From assembly GCA_913045225.1 (NCBI GenBank), contig CAJWPC010000003.1, positions 30,705 to 94,704 of the forward strand: a stretch of 64,000 nt of DNA, read 5' to 3'. The stretch's first letter is position 1; each line of letters starts with the position of its first letter. This DNA comes from an uncultured Rhodobiaceae bacterium. GTDB taxonomy: Bacteria > Pseudomonadota > Alphaproteobacteria > Rhizobiales > TMED25. The translations under genes were made by a program, and so were the position numbers. Under the pieces are notes generated by a model. That model was not told the DNA's origin. It ran no database searches and saw nothing but the letters and a program-made list of their open reading frames with translations. Of this stretch, positions 28,581-39,745 are shown one piece after another.

Positions 28581-28608
28581 AATAAATGTAAATTATTGAA
28601 TAGAGTAT

Positions 28609-29115
28609 ATGTCAAATTTTGATAAAGATACCTTTACATATGAAGACCTTATAGCATGTGCGGAAGGTAAGTTATTTGGTGCTGGTAATGCCCAATTGCC
28701 AATGCCACCTATGCTAATGTTTAATAAGATATCAAAAATTGACACAGAGGGTGGCTTGCACTCTAAGGGCCAAGTAATCGCTGAAATGAGTATATCAACG
28801 GATAGCTGGTTTTTTGACTGTCATTTCAGAGGTGACCCAGTCATGCCAGGATGCTTGGGCCTTGATGCACTTTGGCAACTGCTTGGATTTTATCTGGGCT
28901 GGCTCGGTCAACCGGGAAGAGGAAGGGCGCTTGGCGTCGGGGAAGTAAAATTCTTTGGAATGATTACACCAACAATTAAAAGACTTGAATATATCATAAA
29001 TATTAAAAAACTGATTACAAGAAATCTCACGTTGGGTGTTGCTGATGGTGACCTCTATGCTGATGGAGAGAAAGTTTATTCTGCAGAAAATCTAAAAGTT
29101 GGTTTATTTGAATAG
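28609..29115 (+). CDS. fabA: 3-hydroxydecanoyl-ACP dehydratase / trans-2-decenoyl-ACP isomerase
   Basis: [28 protein letters not shown] and [13 protein letters not shown] form the FabA active-site region. Confidence 0.97.
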   Translation: MSNFDKDTFTYEDLIACAEGKLFGAGNAQLPMPPMLMFNKISKIDTEGGLHSKGQVIAEMSISTDSWFFDCHFRGDPVMPGCLGLDALWQLLGFYLGWLGQPGRGRALGVGEVKFFGMITPTIKRLEYIINIKKLITRNLTLGVADGDLYADGEKVYSAENLKVGLFE

Positions 29116-29128
29116 TTTTGAGGAGTCT

Positions 29129-30340
29129 ATGCGTCGAGTCGTTATTACAGGAATTGGTATTGTATCTAGTATTGGAAGCAATGCTGAGGAAGTTAAAAAA
29201 TCATTGTTCGATTGTACACCTGGTATTTCAAAAGCTATCGGGTATGATAATTTGGGATTTAAGTCACAAGTCTATGGAAGTCCAAACATTGATTTAGAGG
29301 AAAATATTGACAGAAAAAAATTGAGATTTTTGGCAGACGGCTCCGCATGGGCGTTCATCGCAGCTGAGCAGGCAATCACCGACGCAGAGCTGGACGAGAG
29401 CGATGTCTCTAATGAAAGAACAGGTCTAATTGTTGGGACTGGTGGGCCATCCACACGCGCTATCGTCAAGGCCGCCGACCAAACAAGAGATAGAGGCGCA
29501 AAGCATGTTGGACCTTTTGTTGTCCCAAAGGCAATGTGCTCTATGGCTTCTGCAACATTATCAACATATCTTGGTATCAAGGGAGTTAATTATTCGATAT
29601 CATCGGCATGTGCAACTTCAAATAACTGTATTGGGAGCTCCTACGAGCTTATTAAATGGGGCAGTCAAGATATAATGATAGCAGGCGGTGGAGAGGAACT
29701 GGACTGGTCTTTGTCTGTACTATTTGATGGCATGGGGGCTATGTCATCGAATTTTAATGATAATCCAACAAAAGCTAGTAGAGCGTATGATTTGAATAGG
29801 GACGGGTTCGTGATTGCAGGCGGCGCAGGGATATTAATATTAGAAGAATATAATCACGCAATCTCAAGAGGAGCAAAAATATATGCTGAGATTATTGGTT
29901 ATGGATCAACATCTGATGGTAATGATATGGTACTATTATCTGGTGAGGGAGCGGAGAGAGCTATGCGGCTCGCGGCAGCAGGTTTGGAGTCAGAAATTGA
30001 TTATATAAACCCTCATGCAACTTCTACACCTCAAGGCGATATAATTGAAGCGAATGCGATTCGTAATGTTTTTGGTGATAAAGTTCCAACAATATCAGCA
30101 ACAAAGTCACTTAGCGGGCATTCCCTTGGTGCCGCCGGGGCGCATGAGGCGATATTCTCTATAATTATGATGCAGAATAACTTCATCACAAAATCATGTA
30201 ATATAGATGAATTAGATCCAAATTTTAATGACTTGCCTATAGCGCTAGAACGTAAAGATGGTTTTGAGGTTAATACAGCAATGTCTAATGCATTCGGTTT
30301 TGGTGGTACAAATGCATGCCTTGTTTTTAGGAAGATATGA
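29129..30340 (+). CDS. fabB: 3-oxoacyl-ACP synthase I
   Basis: MRRVVITGIGIVSSIG, active-site SSACATSNNCIG, HATSTPQGD and GHSLGAAG. ATG 29129 is preceded by AGGAG. The ORF-track start 29099 overlaps fabA. Confidence 0.95.
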   Translation: MRRVVITGIGIVSSIGSNAEEVKKSLFDCTPGISKAIGYDNLGFKSQVYGSPNIDLEENIDRKKLRFLADGSAWAFIAAEQAITDAELDESDVSNERTGLIVGTGGPSTRAIVKAADQTRDRGAKHVGPFVVPKAMCSMASATLSTYLGIKGVNYSISSACATSNNCIGSSYELIKWGSQDIMIAGGGEELDWSLSVLFDGMGAMSSNFNDNPTKASRAYDLNRDGFVIAGGAGILILEEYNHAISRGAKIYAEIIGYGSTSDGNDMVLLSGEGAERAMRLAAAGLESEIDYINPHATSTPQGDIIEANAIRNVFGDKVPTISATKSLSGHSLGAAGAHEAIFSIIMMQNNFITKSCNIDELDPNFNDLPIALERKDGFEVNTAMSNAFGFGGTNACLVFRKI

Positions 30341-31182
30341 TTATGTCAGATCCCAATAATATAAATTTATCCCTTATGAAAGGCAAAAAAGGGGTGATTA
30401 TGGGTGTTGCAAATGATCATTCAATCGCATGGGGTATTGCCCAGTCATTATCAGCAGCTGGAGCTGAGCTTGCATTTTCATATCAGTCTGAGACTTTAAA
30501 AAAAAGGGTTGAACCACTTGCAAAAATGCTAGGTTCAGATTTGATTTATCCTTGCGATGTTGAGTCAAGTGAGGACATTGAAATATTTTTCAATTCAATT
30601 CAAAATAAATGGGAAAGTATTGATTTTCTTGTACATGCAATTGCATTCTCAGATAAAAGTGAGCTGAAGGGGCCTTACTACAACACAACAAAAGAAAATT
30701 TTATTAAAACAATGCTCGTATCATGTTTTTCTTTTACAGAAGTTGTTAAAGAAGCACAAAAAATTATGATTGGTGGTGGCTCAATTATTACTCTTACATT
30801 TGATGGGGCGAATAAGGTAATGCCAAATTATAATGTTATGGGTATAGCAAAAGCAGGTCTTGAGTCCTCAGTTAGGTATTTGGCTGCAGACTTTGGAGCA
30901 AGAGGTATTAGAGTAAATGCAATATCAGCGGGGCCAATGAGAACACTAGCGGGAGGTGGTATTACTGATGCGAGAGCAATGTTTAACTTTCAGAAAAGAC
31001 ATTCACCATTGCAAAAGACAGTTACATTGTCGGACATTGGAGGATCTGCGATTTATTTATTATCTGACTTATCCGCAGGGGTTACGGGTGAGGTACATTA
31101 TGTTGACTCTGGCTACAATATAATCTCAACACCAAGACCTGATATGTTGCAAGATGAAACTATTTACGATAACAAAGATTAA
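30337..31182 (+). CDS. fabI: Enoyl-ACP reductase (NADH), FabI
   Basis: GKKGVIMGVANDHSIAWGIA (nucleotide binding) and YNVMGIAKAGLE (Tyr/Lys catalytic pair). The ATG overlaps the fabB TGA. Confidence 0.94.
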   Translation: MIMSDPNNINLSLMKGKKGVIMGVANDHSIAWGIAQSLSAAGAELAFSYQSETLKKRVEPLAKMLGSDLIYPCDVESSEDIEIFFNSIQNKWESIDFLVHAIAFSDKSELKGPYYNTTKENFIKTMLVSCFSFTEVVKEAQKIMIGGGSIITLTFDGANKVMPNYNVMGIAKAGLESSVRYLAADFGARGIRVNAISAGPMRTLAGGGITDARAMFNFQKRHSPLQKTVTLSDIGGSAIYLLSDLSAGVTGEVHYVDSGYNIISTPRPDMLQDETIYDNKD

Positions 31183-31203
31183 GTCCAAAGAATACAGATA
31201 TTT

Positions 31204-33369
31204 TTAGTCTTTCTTTTTTCGTCTTTGTTTATTTTTTTCAGGCTTACTGTTGGACTCACTTGCCCCGCTCTCTTCAAGGCCACTTTCCTGATTTATACCT
31301 TTCATTGTCAATTTTGATTTTCCTCTATCATCAAAACCAATCAATTTTACAAACACATCATCATTTTCATTTACCACATCTGTGACTTGCGAGGTCCGCT
31401 CATTACTTAATTGGGATATATGGACTAAGCCATCCCTAGGACCAAAGAAGTTCACGAAAGCGCCAAAATCTACAACTTTTACAACTTTGCCTTTATATAT
31501 CTCTCCAACCTCGGGTTCATCAACGATTTGATGTATTCTAACTTTTGCAGATTCAATTGCGTCCTTATCAGAAGATGCGATTGTTATGGTTCCTGAATCT
31601 TCAACGCTTATTTTTGCACCGGTTTGCTCAACCATCTCTTTTATTACCTTCCCTCCTGAGCCAATCACATCTTTTATTTTATCAGTTGGGATATTCATAG
31701 TTACAATTCTTGGAGCAGTATCGGCAACATCGTCTCTTGATGCCTTTATTGCTTTTTCCATCTCTGATAGAATATGTTTTCTGCCAGCTTTGGCCTGATC
31801 TAGGGCTTTTTTCATTATCTCTTTGGTTATTCCTGCAATTTTAATGTCCATTTGAAGTGTTGTAATCCCCTTGCTTGTACCCGCAACCTTAAAGTCCATA
31901 TCACCAAGATGGTCTTCATCCCCGATAATATCAGACAGGACAGCATAGTCCTTTCCTTCAAGAATTAGACCCATTGCAATTCCTGCAATCGGCTCACGAA
32001 TTGGGACACCAGCATCCATGAGAGCTAATGATGTTCCGCAGACGGTCGCCATTGATGATGAGCCATTTGACTCTGTTATCTCGGACACTACTCTAATTGT
32101 ATACGGGAAATCTTCTTTGCTTGGGAGTAATGGATTTACGGCACGCCATGCTAATTTCCCATGACCAATTTCTCTTCTTCCGGTTGCTCCAATTCTACCA
32201 ACCTCGCCAACTGAGAAGGGGGGAAAGTTGTAGTGAAGCATGAAGTTTTGTTTTTTTGTTCCATCCAAAGAGTCTATATATTGCTCATCCTCGGCAGTTC
32301 CAAGTGTTGTCACAACTATCGCCTGAGTCTCACCTCTAGTGAATAGAGAGGAGCCGTGTGTTTGCGGTAGTAGACCTACTTCAACGGAAATTGGGCGAAT
32401 ATCAGATAATCCTCTTCCGTCTATCCTTTTTGATTCTTTCAGAATTGAGCTTCTGACAATGCTACTCTCAATATCTTTAAATACCCCTGACGCTTCAATT
32501 TCATCATAATTATCATCAAATTTCTCGTTGAGTTTTTCAATCATCTCATCTTTGATAATTCCAACTTGATTATAGCGTTCCTGCTTATCTGTAATTTGAA
32601 AAGCTTTCTCAAGCTTTGATCTCACCTCACCATCTATAAAACTTGTAATATCAGCATTATCCTTTTCTTCAATAATCATTGGATCTTTAGCACATTTCCT
32701 TGCAAGATTTATTATCATTTCAATTACTTCTTGCATTGACTCATGAGCAAACATTACTGCATCAAGCATCATTTTTTCACTTAACTCGGATGCCTCTGAC
32801 TCAATCATTAAGATTGCGTTTTTTGTACCTGCTACAACAAGTTCAAGTTGAGAATTTTCAATATCTTCAACTTTCGGGTTTAAAATCATTTCATTCTCAA
32901 TCAATCCAATTTTTGCTGCTCCAATAGGTCCTTTAAAGGGTATGCCTGAAATTGTCAAAGCGGCTGAGCAAGCAATCATAGCCACTATATCTGGGTCATT
33001 TTCATGATCATAAGTCAAGACAGTTGCTATTACTTGTGTTTCATTTTTAAACTCTTTAACGAAAAGTGGTCTAATAGGTCTATCTATGAGCCTTGATATT
33101 AAGGTCTCTCTCTCCGTAGGCCTTCCTTCACGCTTAAAGTAGCCACCTGGAATCTTACCAGATGCGTAGGATTTCTCTTGGTAATTTACTGTTAAAGGAA
33201 AAAAATCAATGCCGGCTTTGGGTTTTTTTTCCGCGCATACTGTTGCAATTACTGAGGTGCCGCCATAGGTAACGATGACCGCACCGTCCGCTTGCCTCGC
33301 AATTTTTCCTGTTTCGATTTTTAGGGTTCTACCACCCCAATTTATTTCTTCACTGTGTATATTAAACAT
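31204..33369 (-). CDS. pnp: Polyribonucleotide nucleotidyltransferase (PNPase)
   Basis: 721 aa. Two RNase PH domains (GRREIGHG), KH ([11 protein letters not shown]) and S1 ([18 protein letters not shown]). Confidence 0.98.
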   Translation of the reverse strand: MFNIHSEEINWGGRTLKIETGKIARQADGAVIVTYGGTSVIATVCAEKKPKAGIDFFPLTVNYQEKSYASGKIPGGYFKREGRPTERETLISRLIDRPIRPLFVKEFKNETQVIATVLTYDHENDPDIVAMIACSAALTISGIPFKGPIGAAKIGLIENEMILNPKVEDIENSQLELVVAGTKNAILMIESEASELSEKMMLDAVMFAHESMQEVIEMIINLARKCAKDPMIIEEKDNADITSFIDGEVRSKLEKAFQITDKQERYNQVGIIKDEMIEKLNEKFDDNYDEIEASGVFKDIESSIVRSSILKESKRIDGRGLSDIRPISVEVGLLPQTHGSSLFTRGETQAIVVTTLGTAEDEQYIDSLDGTKKQNFMLHYNFPPFSVGEVGRIGATGRREIGHGKLAWRAVNPLLPSKEDFPYTIRVVSEITESNGSSSMATVCGTSLALMDAGVPIREPIAGIAMGLILEGKDYAVLSDIIGDEDHLGDMDFKVAGTSKGITTLQMDIKIAGITKEIMKKALDQAKAGRKHILSEMEKAIKASRDDVADTAPRIVTMNIPTDKIKDVIGSGGKVIKEMVEQTGAKISVEDSGTITIASSDKDAIESAKVRIHQIVDEPEVGEIYKGKVVKVVDFGAFVNFFGPRDGLVHISQLSNERTSQVTDVVNENDDVFVKLIGFDDRGKSKLTMKGINQESGLEESGASESNSKPEKNKQRRKKKD

Positions 33370-33385
33370 TACTATCCAATCTTAA

Positions 33386-33658
33386 TTATCTTCTTATTCC
33401 TAGTTTCTTTATTACGTCCTTATATTTATCTTCATCCTTAAGTTTTAAATAATCCAGCTGCTTTCGTCTTTGGCTTACAAGTTTGAGTAAACCAGTTCGT
33501 GAATGGTTATCTTTTTTGTGTGTCTTAAAGTGTTCTGTGAGGTTCACAATTCGTTCAGTTAGTATTGCTATTTGAACTTCAGGCGATCCTGTATCCGTTT
33601 TATTTCTTGAGTATTCTTTTATTATACTTGTTTTTATATCTTTTGTTATCGACATCAT
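33386..33658 (-). CDS. rpsO: 30S ribosomal protein S15
   Basis: 90 aa. [16 protein letters not shown]...HKKD.HSRTGLL..V..R. The start could be the second Met (33655). Confidence 0.95.
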   Translation of the reverse strand: MMSITKDIKTSIIKEYSRNKTDTGSPEVQIAILTERIVNLTEHFKTHKKDNHSRTGLLKLVSQRRKQLDYLKLKDEDKYKDVIKKLGIRR

Positions 33659-33688
33659 AATCTCCTTCGATTTTTATAGTTTTATCTT

Positions 33689-34603
33689 CTACAGGTTAAA
33701 CACTCGAATTGGCTGTAATTGCATATCTCTAAGGTTACAAATAGCAATCAATTTATCTGCAGATTTAGCTACTACTCTACCAAGTTGAGGTTCATCGTTA
33801 TTACAATCAAAGGTAATTGTTGAACCATTTTTTAACCTGTTAGCATCATGATTATCAATTTGAACTGCCAGGATGTCGTCCAGCACAGTTTCAATTGGGC
33901 TTATAATCATATTCAGATTATCTATATCATGGTTTAATTGCATAAGTCTATCAATAGATAAAATATTTTTTAAATTGAATGGTCCATACCTCGTTCTTTC
34001 AATCCTACTTACATGGCAGCATAAATTCATTTTGACTCCTATATGTTTGGAAATTGAGCGAATGTATGTGCCTGTTCCGCAGGTTACTTCTATTGTACAT
34101 TCAGAGTCGCTGTTCATTTCAACCAATTTGATGTTTTCTATATGAACGGTTTTCGCTTTACTAACCATATCTGGAACCACCCCTTTTCGGGCGAGTTCAT
34201 AGGATCTAATCCCATTAAATTTTTTCGCAGAATAAATTGGAGGTATCTGATTTATTGGCCCAACATAGTCGTGCAACACAGATTTTATTTGCTCAATATC
34301 AGGCTTTCTGTCTGATTTACCAATTATTTTACCCGTTGCATCGTCAGTATCTGTTTGTTCTCCAAACTTAATTGCGAATAGGTAAGTTTTGTTTTTTTCA
34401 TGAATATACGGGACCGTTTTTGTTGCTTCACCTAGGGCTATTGGTAGAATTCCTTTGGCCATGGGATCCAGAGTTCCTGCATGCCCAATCTTGCACCCCT
34501 TAAATATAGATTTAATTAGACGTAATGCATCATTTGAAGTTAGACCACTATCTTTATAGAGGTTTATCCACCCGTGGTATAAATTATTGTAAGATCTTAC
34601 CAT
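33689..34603 (-). CDS. truB: tRNA pseudouridine(55) synthase
   Basis: GWINLYKDSGLTSND and HAGTLDPMAKGILP (catalytic Asp motif). Confidence 0.93.
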   Translation of the reverse strand: MVRSYNNLYHGWINLYKDSGLTSNDALRLIKSIFKGCKIGHAGTLDPMAKGILPIALGEATKTVPYIHEKNKTYLFAIKFGEQTDTDDATGKIIGKSDRKPDIEQIKSVLHDYVGPINQIPPIYSAKKFNGIRSYELARKGVVPDMVSKAKTVHIENIKLVEMNSDSECTIEVTCGTGTYIRSISKHIGVKMNLCCHVSRIERTRYGPFNLKNILSIDRLMQLNHDIDNLNMIISPIETVLDDILAVQIDNHDANRLKNGSTITFDCNNDEPQLGRVVAKSADKLIAICNLRDMQLQPIRVFNL

Positions 34604-34631
34604 AAATAAAATTTTGACTTATAATGAGAGT

Positions 34632-35009
34632 TTAACTTCGTGACAAATTATTCAGTAAACGGTCTATCTTTGAGGCATACTCAAATGTTTGATCCTCTCT
34701 ATAGACAATTGAAGGAGTAAACTTTAAAGATAGTTTTGGGGCAATTCTGCCTCTGATATATTTTGAATTCTTATTCAGGGCTGCAACAATATCTATTGCT
34801 CCTATCCCACCAAGTGGCATTACATAAGCAGTTGCTTGTTTCAAATCAGGACTCACTGTTACCTGTGTTATCGTAATAGATACATTTTGTAAATCCGCAT
34901 CATGTATTGTATCTCTGTATAGAAAATCAGAAAGTGACTTCTTGATTATTTCACCAACTTTTAGTTGTCTTTGACTATAAGTATCTCTTTGTATTTTTCC
35001 TTTGAGCAT
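34632..35009 (-). CDS. rbfA: Ribosome-binding factor A
   Basis: 125 aa. RQLKVGEIIKKSLSDFL...VTVSPDLKQATAYV. Conserved infB-rbfA-truB order. Confidence 0.9.
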   Translation of the reverse strand: MLKGKIQRDTYSQRQLKVGEIIKKSLSDFLYRDTIHDADLQNVSITITQVTVSPDLKQATAYVMPLGGIGAIDIVAALNKNSKYIRGRIAPKLSLKFTPSIVYREDQTFEYASKIDRLLNNLSRS

Positions 35010-35012
35010 TTT

Positions 35013-37427
35013 CTAAAGCGATCTTTCAATTGTTTCAATTTCAAAACACTCTATTATATCTCCAGCTTTTATATCTTGATAATTCTGGAACGAAATACCA
35101 CACTCTTGACTTACTTGCACTTCCCGAACTTCGTCTTGAAACCTTTTGAGGGAAGACAGTTTGCCCTCGTGGATAACAATGCTATCCCTAATTAGTCGCA
35201 AGTTTTCATTATTTCTGACAATTCCATCAGTTACCATGCAGCCTGCTACCTTTCCAATCTTCGAGATATAAAAAACTTCTTTAACTTCAGCATTACCAAT
35301 TATTTTCTCGTTAATGGTTGGATCCAATAGACCAGATAAAGCCAATTTAATTTCATCGATTAAATTATAAATTATTGAGTATTGTCTAATCTCGACACCA
35401 TCGGTTTGGGCTTGAAGCTTTGCATTTGGGTTTGGACGTACATTAAATGCAAGCAATATAGCATTTGATGCAGAAGCAAGGGCTATATCAGTTTCGGATA
35501 CTGCCCCAACAGCCGAATGAATGATTCTTACCACAACTTCGTCAGAACCAAGTTCATTCAAAGCGGAGCTAATTGCCTCTATTGAACCTTGCATATCTGC
35601 TTTTAGTAGAACAGGTAGCTCTTTCAGGTTTTTCTCTTTTATTTGCCCCATCATATTCTCGAGAGTTAATTTGTTGGTGATCCCTGTTGCAAAATTCTTT
35701 ATTTTCCTGTGCCTGTATTCGGTAATCTCTCTTGCTCTCGCCTCACTATTTACAACAGTAAATTTATCTCCAGCTTCTGGAACACTATTCAGTCCAAGAA
35801 TTTCAACTGGATCGGACGGTTGAGCTTTTTGGATCGATGCCCCCAAATCATTAGATAACGCACGAACTTTACCCCAAGCAGATCCTAAGACAACAATATC
35901 ACCAATATTTAGGGTTCCTCTTTGAACAAGCACTGTTGCTACTGGCCCCTTGCCTTTGTCAAGTGAGGACTCAATTACTGTCCCATCTGCGCTGCGGTTT
36001 GGATTAGCTTTGAGATCAAGTACTTCCGATTGTAAAATAATTGTGTCAATTAATTGATTAAGATTAGTTTTTTTTGTGGCTGATACCTCAACCTCCAATA
36101 TATCACCACCAAGTGACTCCACTATAACTTCATGTGCTAATAGTTCATTTCTGACCCTATTTGGATCAGCACCTTCAAGGTCTATTTTGTTTATTGCTAC
36201 TATTATTGGTACGTTAGCCTCTTTTGAATGGTTAATAGCCTCAATTGTTTGTGGCATTACTCCATCATTTGCAGCAACAACAATAACTACTATATCAGTA
36301 ACTTTAGCCCCCCTAGACCGCATTGATGTAAATGCAGCGTGCCCTGGTGTGTCTATAAATGTTATTGTATTTTTTTTGGGAGTATTAAGTTGGTATGCCC
36401 CAATGTGTTGGGTTATTCCACCCGCTTCCCCCGAAACTATACTAGTCTCTCTTAGCGCGTCAAGCAAACTTGTTTTTCCATGGTCAACATGTCCCATAAT
36501 TGTGACAACCGGATACCTTGGTTGTAAATCATCTTCCTTATCATCAATTCCCTCAAGGCCTTCCTCAACGTCAGATTCAGAGACTCTTTTTACACTATGA
36601 CCTAATTCTTCTGCAATTAGCTGCGCTGTATCAGCGTCAATTACATCTGTAATCTTATTCATTTGGCCTTGCTTCATAAGAAGTTTGATTACATCTACAG
36701 CTCTCTCAGCCATTCTATTTGCAAGTTCTTGTATTGTTATAGCTTCTGGGATTATAATTTCTCTGCTTATTTTTTGTGTTGGAATAGGGGTTGTGTGTTG
36801 CCTTCTTTCACGTTCCCTCCTCCTCCTTATTGAAGCGAGAGATCTCTGTCTCGGGGAGTCATCTAATGCAGTCGTGACAGTAATTTTTGTTTGTCGGCGC
36901 TCCTCTTGAGGTCGGAATCTTGTAAACTTATTCGACGCTTTTTCTTCGTCTACTTCTTCGTTAACCAAATCTTGTTTTTGTTCTTCAACTGAATCTATAT
37001 TTCTTTTATTTTTCTTACCTCCGTCCACTTCTTGTGGAAGGGTGACATTTGCATTATCGAAAATTTTTTGGCTGACCTTATCATCTTCTTCTTTAATTTT
37101 ACTTCTCTCACCTTTGGTAGCATCTGTAATGTTTTCAGGATCAGTTTTAGGTAAGCTTAAATTAGAATTTTTTGAGTCAATTATTGCTTGGTTTCTGGCA
37201 CTTATCTCTCTGTTTGTGAGATCACCACTCTCCGTTTTATCAGAAGAGGTTACTTTTTCAGGGTTTCTTATGACTCTCTTTCTTTTTGTTTCGACAACAA
37301 CAGTATTAGCTCTGTTCGATGAAAAGCTCGATCTAATATGAGTTGGATTAACATTGGTTTTCAGGCTAAGAGTTTTTTTTGACCCTTTTGCTTTTTTATT
37401 ATCTTTTATTTCTTTTTCTTCAGTCAT
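35013..37427 (-). CDS. infB: Translation initiation factor IF-2
   Basis: G domain [21 protein letters not shown], with a charged low-complexity N-terminal region. The ORF track begins at TTG 37433. ATG 37427 is two codons downstream, and either is possible. Confidence 0.97.
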   Translation of the reverse strand: MTEEKEIKDNKKAKGSKKTLSLKTNVNPTHIRSSFSSNRANTVVVETKRKRVIRNPEKVTSSDKTESGDLTNREISARNQAIIDSKNSNLSLPKTDPENITDATKGERSKIKEEDDKVSQKIFDNANVTLPQEVDGGKKNKRNIDSVEEQKQDLVNEEVDEEKASNKFTRFRPQEERRQTKITVTTALDDSPRQRSLASIRRRRERERRQHTTPIPTQKISREIIIPEAITIQELANRMAERAVDVIKLLMKQGQMNKITDVIDADTAQLIAEELGHSVKRVSESDVEEGLEGIDDKEDDLQPRYPVVTIMGHVDHGKTSLLDALRETSIVSGEAGGITQHIGAYQLNTPKKNTITFIDTPGHAAFTSMRSRGAKVTDIVVIVVAANDGVMPQTIEAINHSKEANVPIIVAINKIDLEGADPNRVRNELLAHEVIVESLGGDILEVEVSATKKTNLNQLIDTIILQSEVLDLKANPNRSADGTVIESSLDKGKGPVATVLVQRGTLNIGDIVVLGSAWGKVRALSNDLGASIQKAQPSDPVEILGLNSVPEAGDKFTVVNSEARAREITEYRHRKIKNFATGITNKLTLENMMGQIKEKNLKELPVLLKADMQGSIEAISSALNELGSDEVVVRIIHSAVGAVSETDIALASASNAILLAFNVRPNPNAKLQAQTDGVEIRQYSIIYNLIDEIKLALSGLLDPTINEKIIGNAEVKEVFYISKIGKVAGCMVTDGIVRNNENLRLIRDSIVIHEGKLSSLKRFQDEVREVQVSQECGISFQNYQDIKAGDIIECFEIETIERSL

Positions 37428-37461
37428 GTTCAAAATTTATTAAATTATAAATTGTTTCCTA

Positions 37462-39120
37462 TTATTTCAGTATTCTTGCATTTGCAAGCTTTTCTGCTAA
37501 TTCTATTTTATTATCTTCAATTTCATTTATGGTAGTATCATCATTATTGAGATCCACTTCATCTACTTCAGCTATCCAACCAAGTTTTAGTCTTGCATTA
37601 AGAATCATCTCTTCTATTTTTTCCATCGTTATATCGAACCCAGTGAAAAGTCCATTTTGTTTTTTGCTTCCTAGTTCAGTCTTTTCTACCCATCCAAATA
37701 GCTCGTCCGTTGAACATCCAGCAAAATCGTCTAGAGTTTTAATATCATTTTCTCCAAGAGCGACAAGCATGTTGGTTGTCATACCGTCAATTTGTGCCAG
37801 GTCATCTTGGACTCCCAGCTCTTTTCTTTTTGCATCCTGCTTTTTCCCCTCTTCTTCAATGAATGTTTTCGCTCGCGATTGAATTTCGACAGCTGTATCA
37901 TCATCAAAACCCTCGATAGAGGAAATTTCTGATGTTTCCACAAAAACAAGATCTTCTATAGATAAGAAGCCCTCTGAAACAAGAAGTTGCGCAATTACTT
38001 CGTCAACATCGAGTGCTTGTATGAAAATTTCACTTTTTTCAATAAATTCATTTTGCCTTCTTTCCGACTCCTCAGCCTCAGTCAGTATATCAATATCCCA
38101 CTTAGTAAGTTGACTTGCGAGTCTCACATTTTGTCCTCGCCTACCGATTGCTAGAGACAGATGGTCATCAGGTACAACAACCTCTATGCGCTCAATCTCC
38201 TCATCCAAGACAACTTTTGTTGCTTCCGCAGGGGCAAGTGAACTTATCACAAATGTGGCTATATCGGGGCTCCATTTAACTATATCAATTTTCTCACCTT
38301 GTAATTCATTTACAACGGATTGGACTCGGCTTCCCCTCATACCTACGCAGGCACCAACAGGGTCGATCGAATTATCGGATGTATGTACAGCAATTTTAGC
38401 TCGGCTTCCAGGATCACGAGCAACAGATATTATTTCTACAATACCATCATATATTTCTGGTACTTCTTGCATGAATAGTTTTGCCATAAAATTATTGCTA
38501 GTTCTTGACAGAAAAATTTGCGGTCCTCTGGGTTCACGCCTGACATCTTGGATGTAAGCTAGAACTCTGTCGCCACTTCTAAAGCTTTCTCGAGGTAGTA
38601 GCTCATCTCTTCTGATGATTGCTTCGTTTCTGCCAAGATCAACAATGACATTCCCGTATTCGACCCTCTTGACGATTCCTGATATAACCTCATCAATTTT
38701 ATCTTTAAACTCATCATATTGACGGTCTCTTTCAGCATCTCTGACCTTCTGAAATATAACTTGTTTTGCACTTTGGGCTGCAATTCTTCCAAATTCAATG
38801 GGGGGTAGTTCTTCAGAGATGAAGTCACCTATTTCTGCTTCTTTATTTTTTTTTCTAGCTTGTTTTAAATCTATCTCGGTTGCTTTATTTTCAACGACTT
38901 CAACAACCTCAAGTAATCTTGCTAAATTTGTTTGTCCAGTTTTAGGATCAATTTCTGCGCGAATTTCATTTTCGCTTCCATAACGTGTTTTCGCTGCTTT
39001 TTGAATTGCATCTTCCATCGCAGAGATCACAATATTTTTGTCTATGGACTTATCTCTTGCTACTGCATCAGCAATTTGTAGTAATTCAAGTCTGTTTGCG
39101 CTTATTCCTGACTCGGACAT
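37462..39120 (-). CDS. nusA: Transcription termination/antitermination factor NusA
   Basis: S1 (GIVKRVEYGNVIVDLG), KH (GACVGMRGSRVQ) and C-terminal acidic repeat domains. ATG 39120 is preceded by GGAGAG. ORF-track GTG 39126 is two codons upstream. Confidence 0.97.
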   Translation of the reverse strand: MSESGISANRLELLQIADAVARDKSIDKNIVISAMEDAIQKAAKTRYGSENEIRAEIDPKTGQTNLARLLEVVEVVENKATEIDLKQARKKNKEAEIGDFISEELPPIEFGRIAAQSAKQVIFQKVRDAERDRQYDEFKDKIDEVISGIVKRVEYGNVIVDLGRNEAIIRRDELLPRESFRSGDRVLAYIQDVRREPRGPQIFLSRTSNNFMAKLFMQEVPEIYDGIVEIISVARDPGSRAKIAVHTSDNSIDPVGACVGMRGSRVQSVVNELQGEKIDIVKWSPDIATFVISSLAPAEATKVVLDEEIERIEVVVPDDHLSLAIGRRGQNVRLASQLTKWDIDILTEAEESERRQNEFIEKSEIFIQALDVDEVIAQLLVSEGFLSIEDLVFVETSEISSIEGFDDDTAVEIQSRAKTFIEEEGKKQDAKRKELGVQDDLAQIDGMTTNMLVALGENDIKTLDDFAGCSTDELFGWVEKTELGSKKQNGLFTGFDITMEKIEEMILNARLKLGWIAEVDEVDLNNDDTTINEIEDNKIELAEKLANARILK

Positions 39121-39134
39121 ATTCACTCTCCAAT

Positions 39135-39641
39135 TTATAATTTCAATAATTTATTACTAAATACTAGTTTAGCCTTGTTAATATTTTGAAAGGGTATTTT
39201 CACTTTATTATTTATGTCAGTTGACTTTGCGTCGGTAAGTAGCAGACAGTCCTCCTGAAATCCAAAAATTTCACCCCTATAACTTTTTTTATTTTCAATT
39301 TTCTCGATCAATTCTACCTTAATTTCATTTCCAATATTTTGAATAAAGTCTTTCTTCCTAACTAGTATACGATCAATACCGGGTGATGATATTTCAATTC
39401 TATAATTATCAGGTAACAATCTATTGGACTCAATCACGGGCATTATTACTCTACTAGCATTCGTGCAATCATTGATATTAAGTTCTCCGGAAATTCTCTC
39501 CATCATAATTTGTAATGCCCTTTCGTGACTATTAATCTTTACCTGCACAATCAGATAACCAAGCTCTTTAAGTTCAAACTCGATCAGGGAAGAAATTTTA
39601 CTTTCTTCCAATGTTTCGTTGTTTATCCGGTGTTCTTCCAT
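39135..39641 (-). CDS. rimP: Ribosome maturation factor RimP
   Basis: Conserved position upstream of nusA and a RimP-like N-terminal region (LIEFELKELGYLIVQVKI, EISSPGIDR). ORF-track TTG 39668 lies inside the U-tract of the terminator just upstream, so ATG 39641 is preferred. Confidence 0.82.
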   Translation of the reverse strand: MEEHRINNETLEESKISSLIEFELKELGYLIVQVKINSHERALQIMMERISGELNINDCTNASRVIMPVIESNRLLPDNYRIEISSPGIDRILVRKKDFIQNIGNEIKVELIEKIENKKSYRGEIFGFQEDCLLLTDAKSTDINNKVKIPFQNINKAKLVFSNKLLKL

Positions 39642-39666
39642 TTTTTTACTTAACGTATAAAAACCC

Positions 39667-39693
39667 AAAAAAAAAGGCTTTTCGAGAAAGCCT
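39667..39693 (-). terminator. Rho-independent terminator downstream of trmB, in the rimP-nusA-infB leader
   Basis: The minus strand reads AGGCTTT-CTCGA-AAAGCCT (7-bp stem, 5-nt loop) followed by eight further T residues (plus-strand A run 39667-39675, whose last A belongs to the stem). This is the clearest intrinsic terminator in the window. Confidence 0.8.
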
Positions 39694-39745
39694 AATATTG
39701 ATGAATTCCTGAATTTATATTAATTATATCTTTACGGCATAAATA

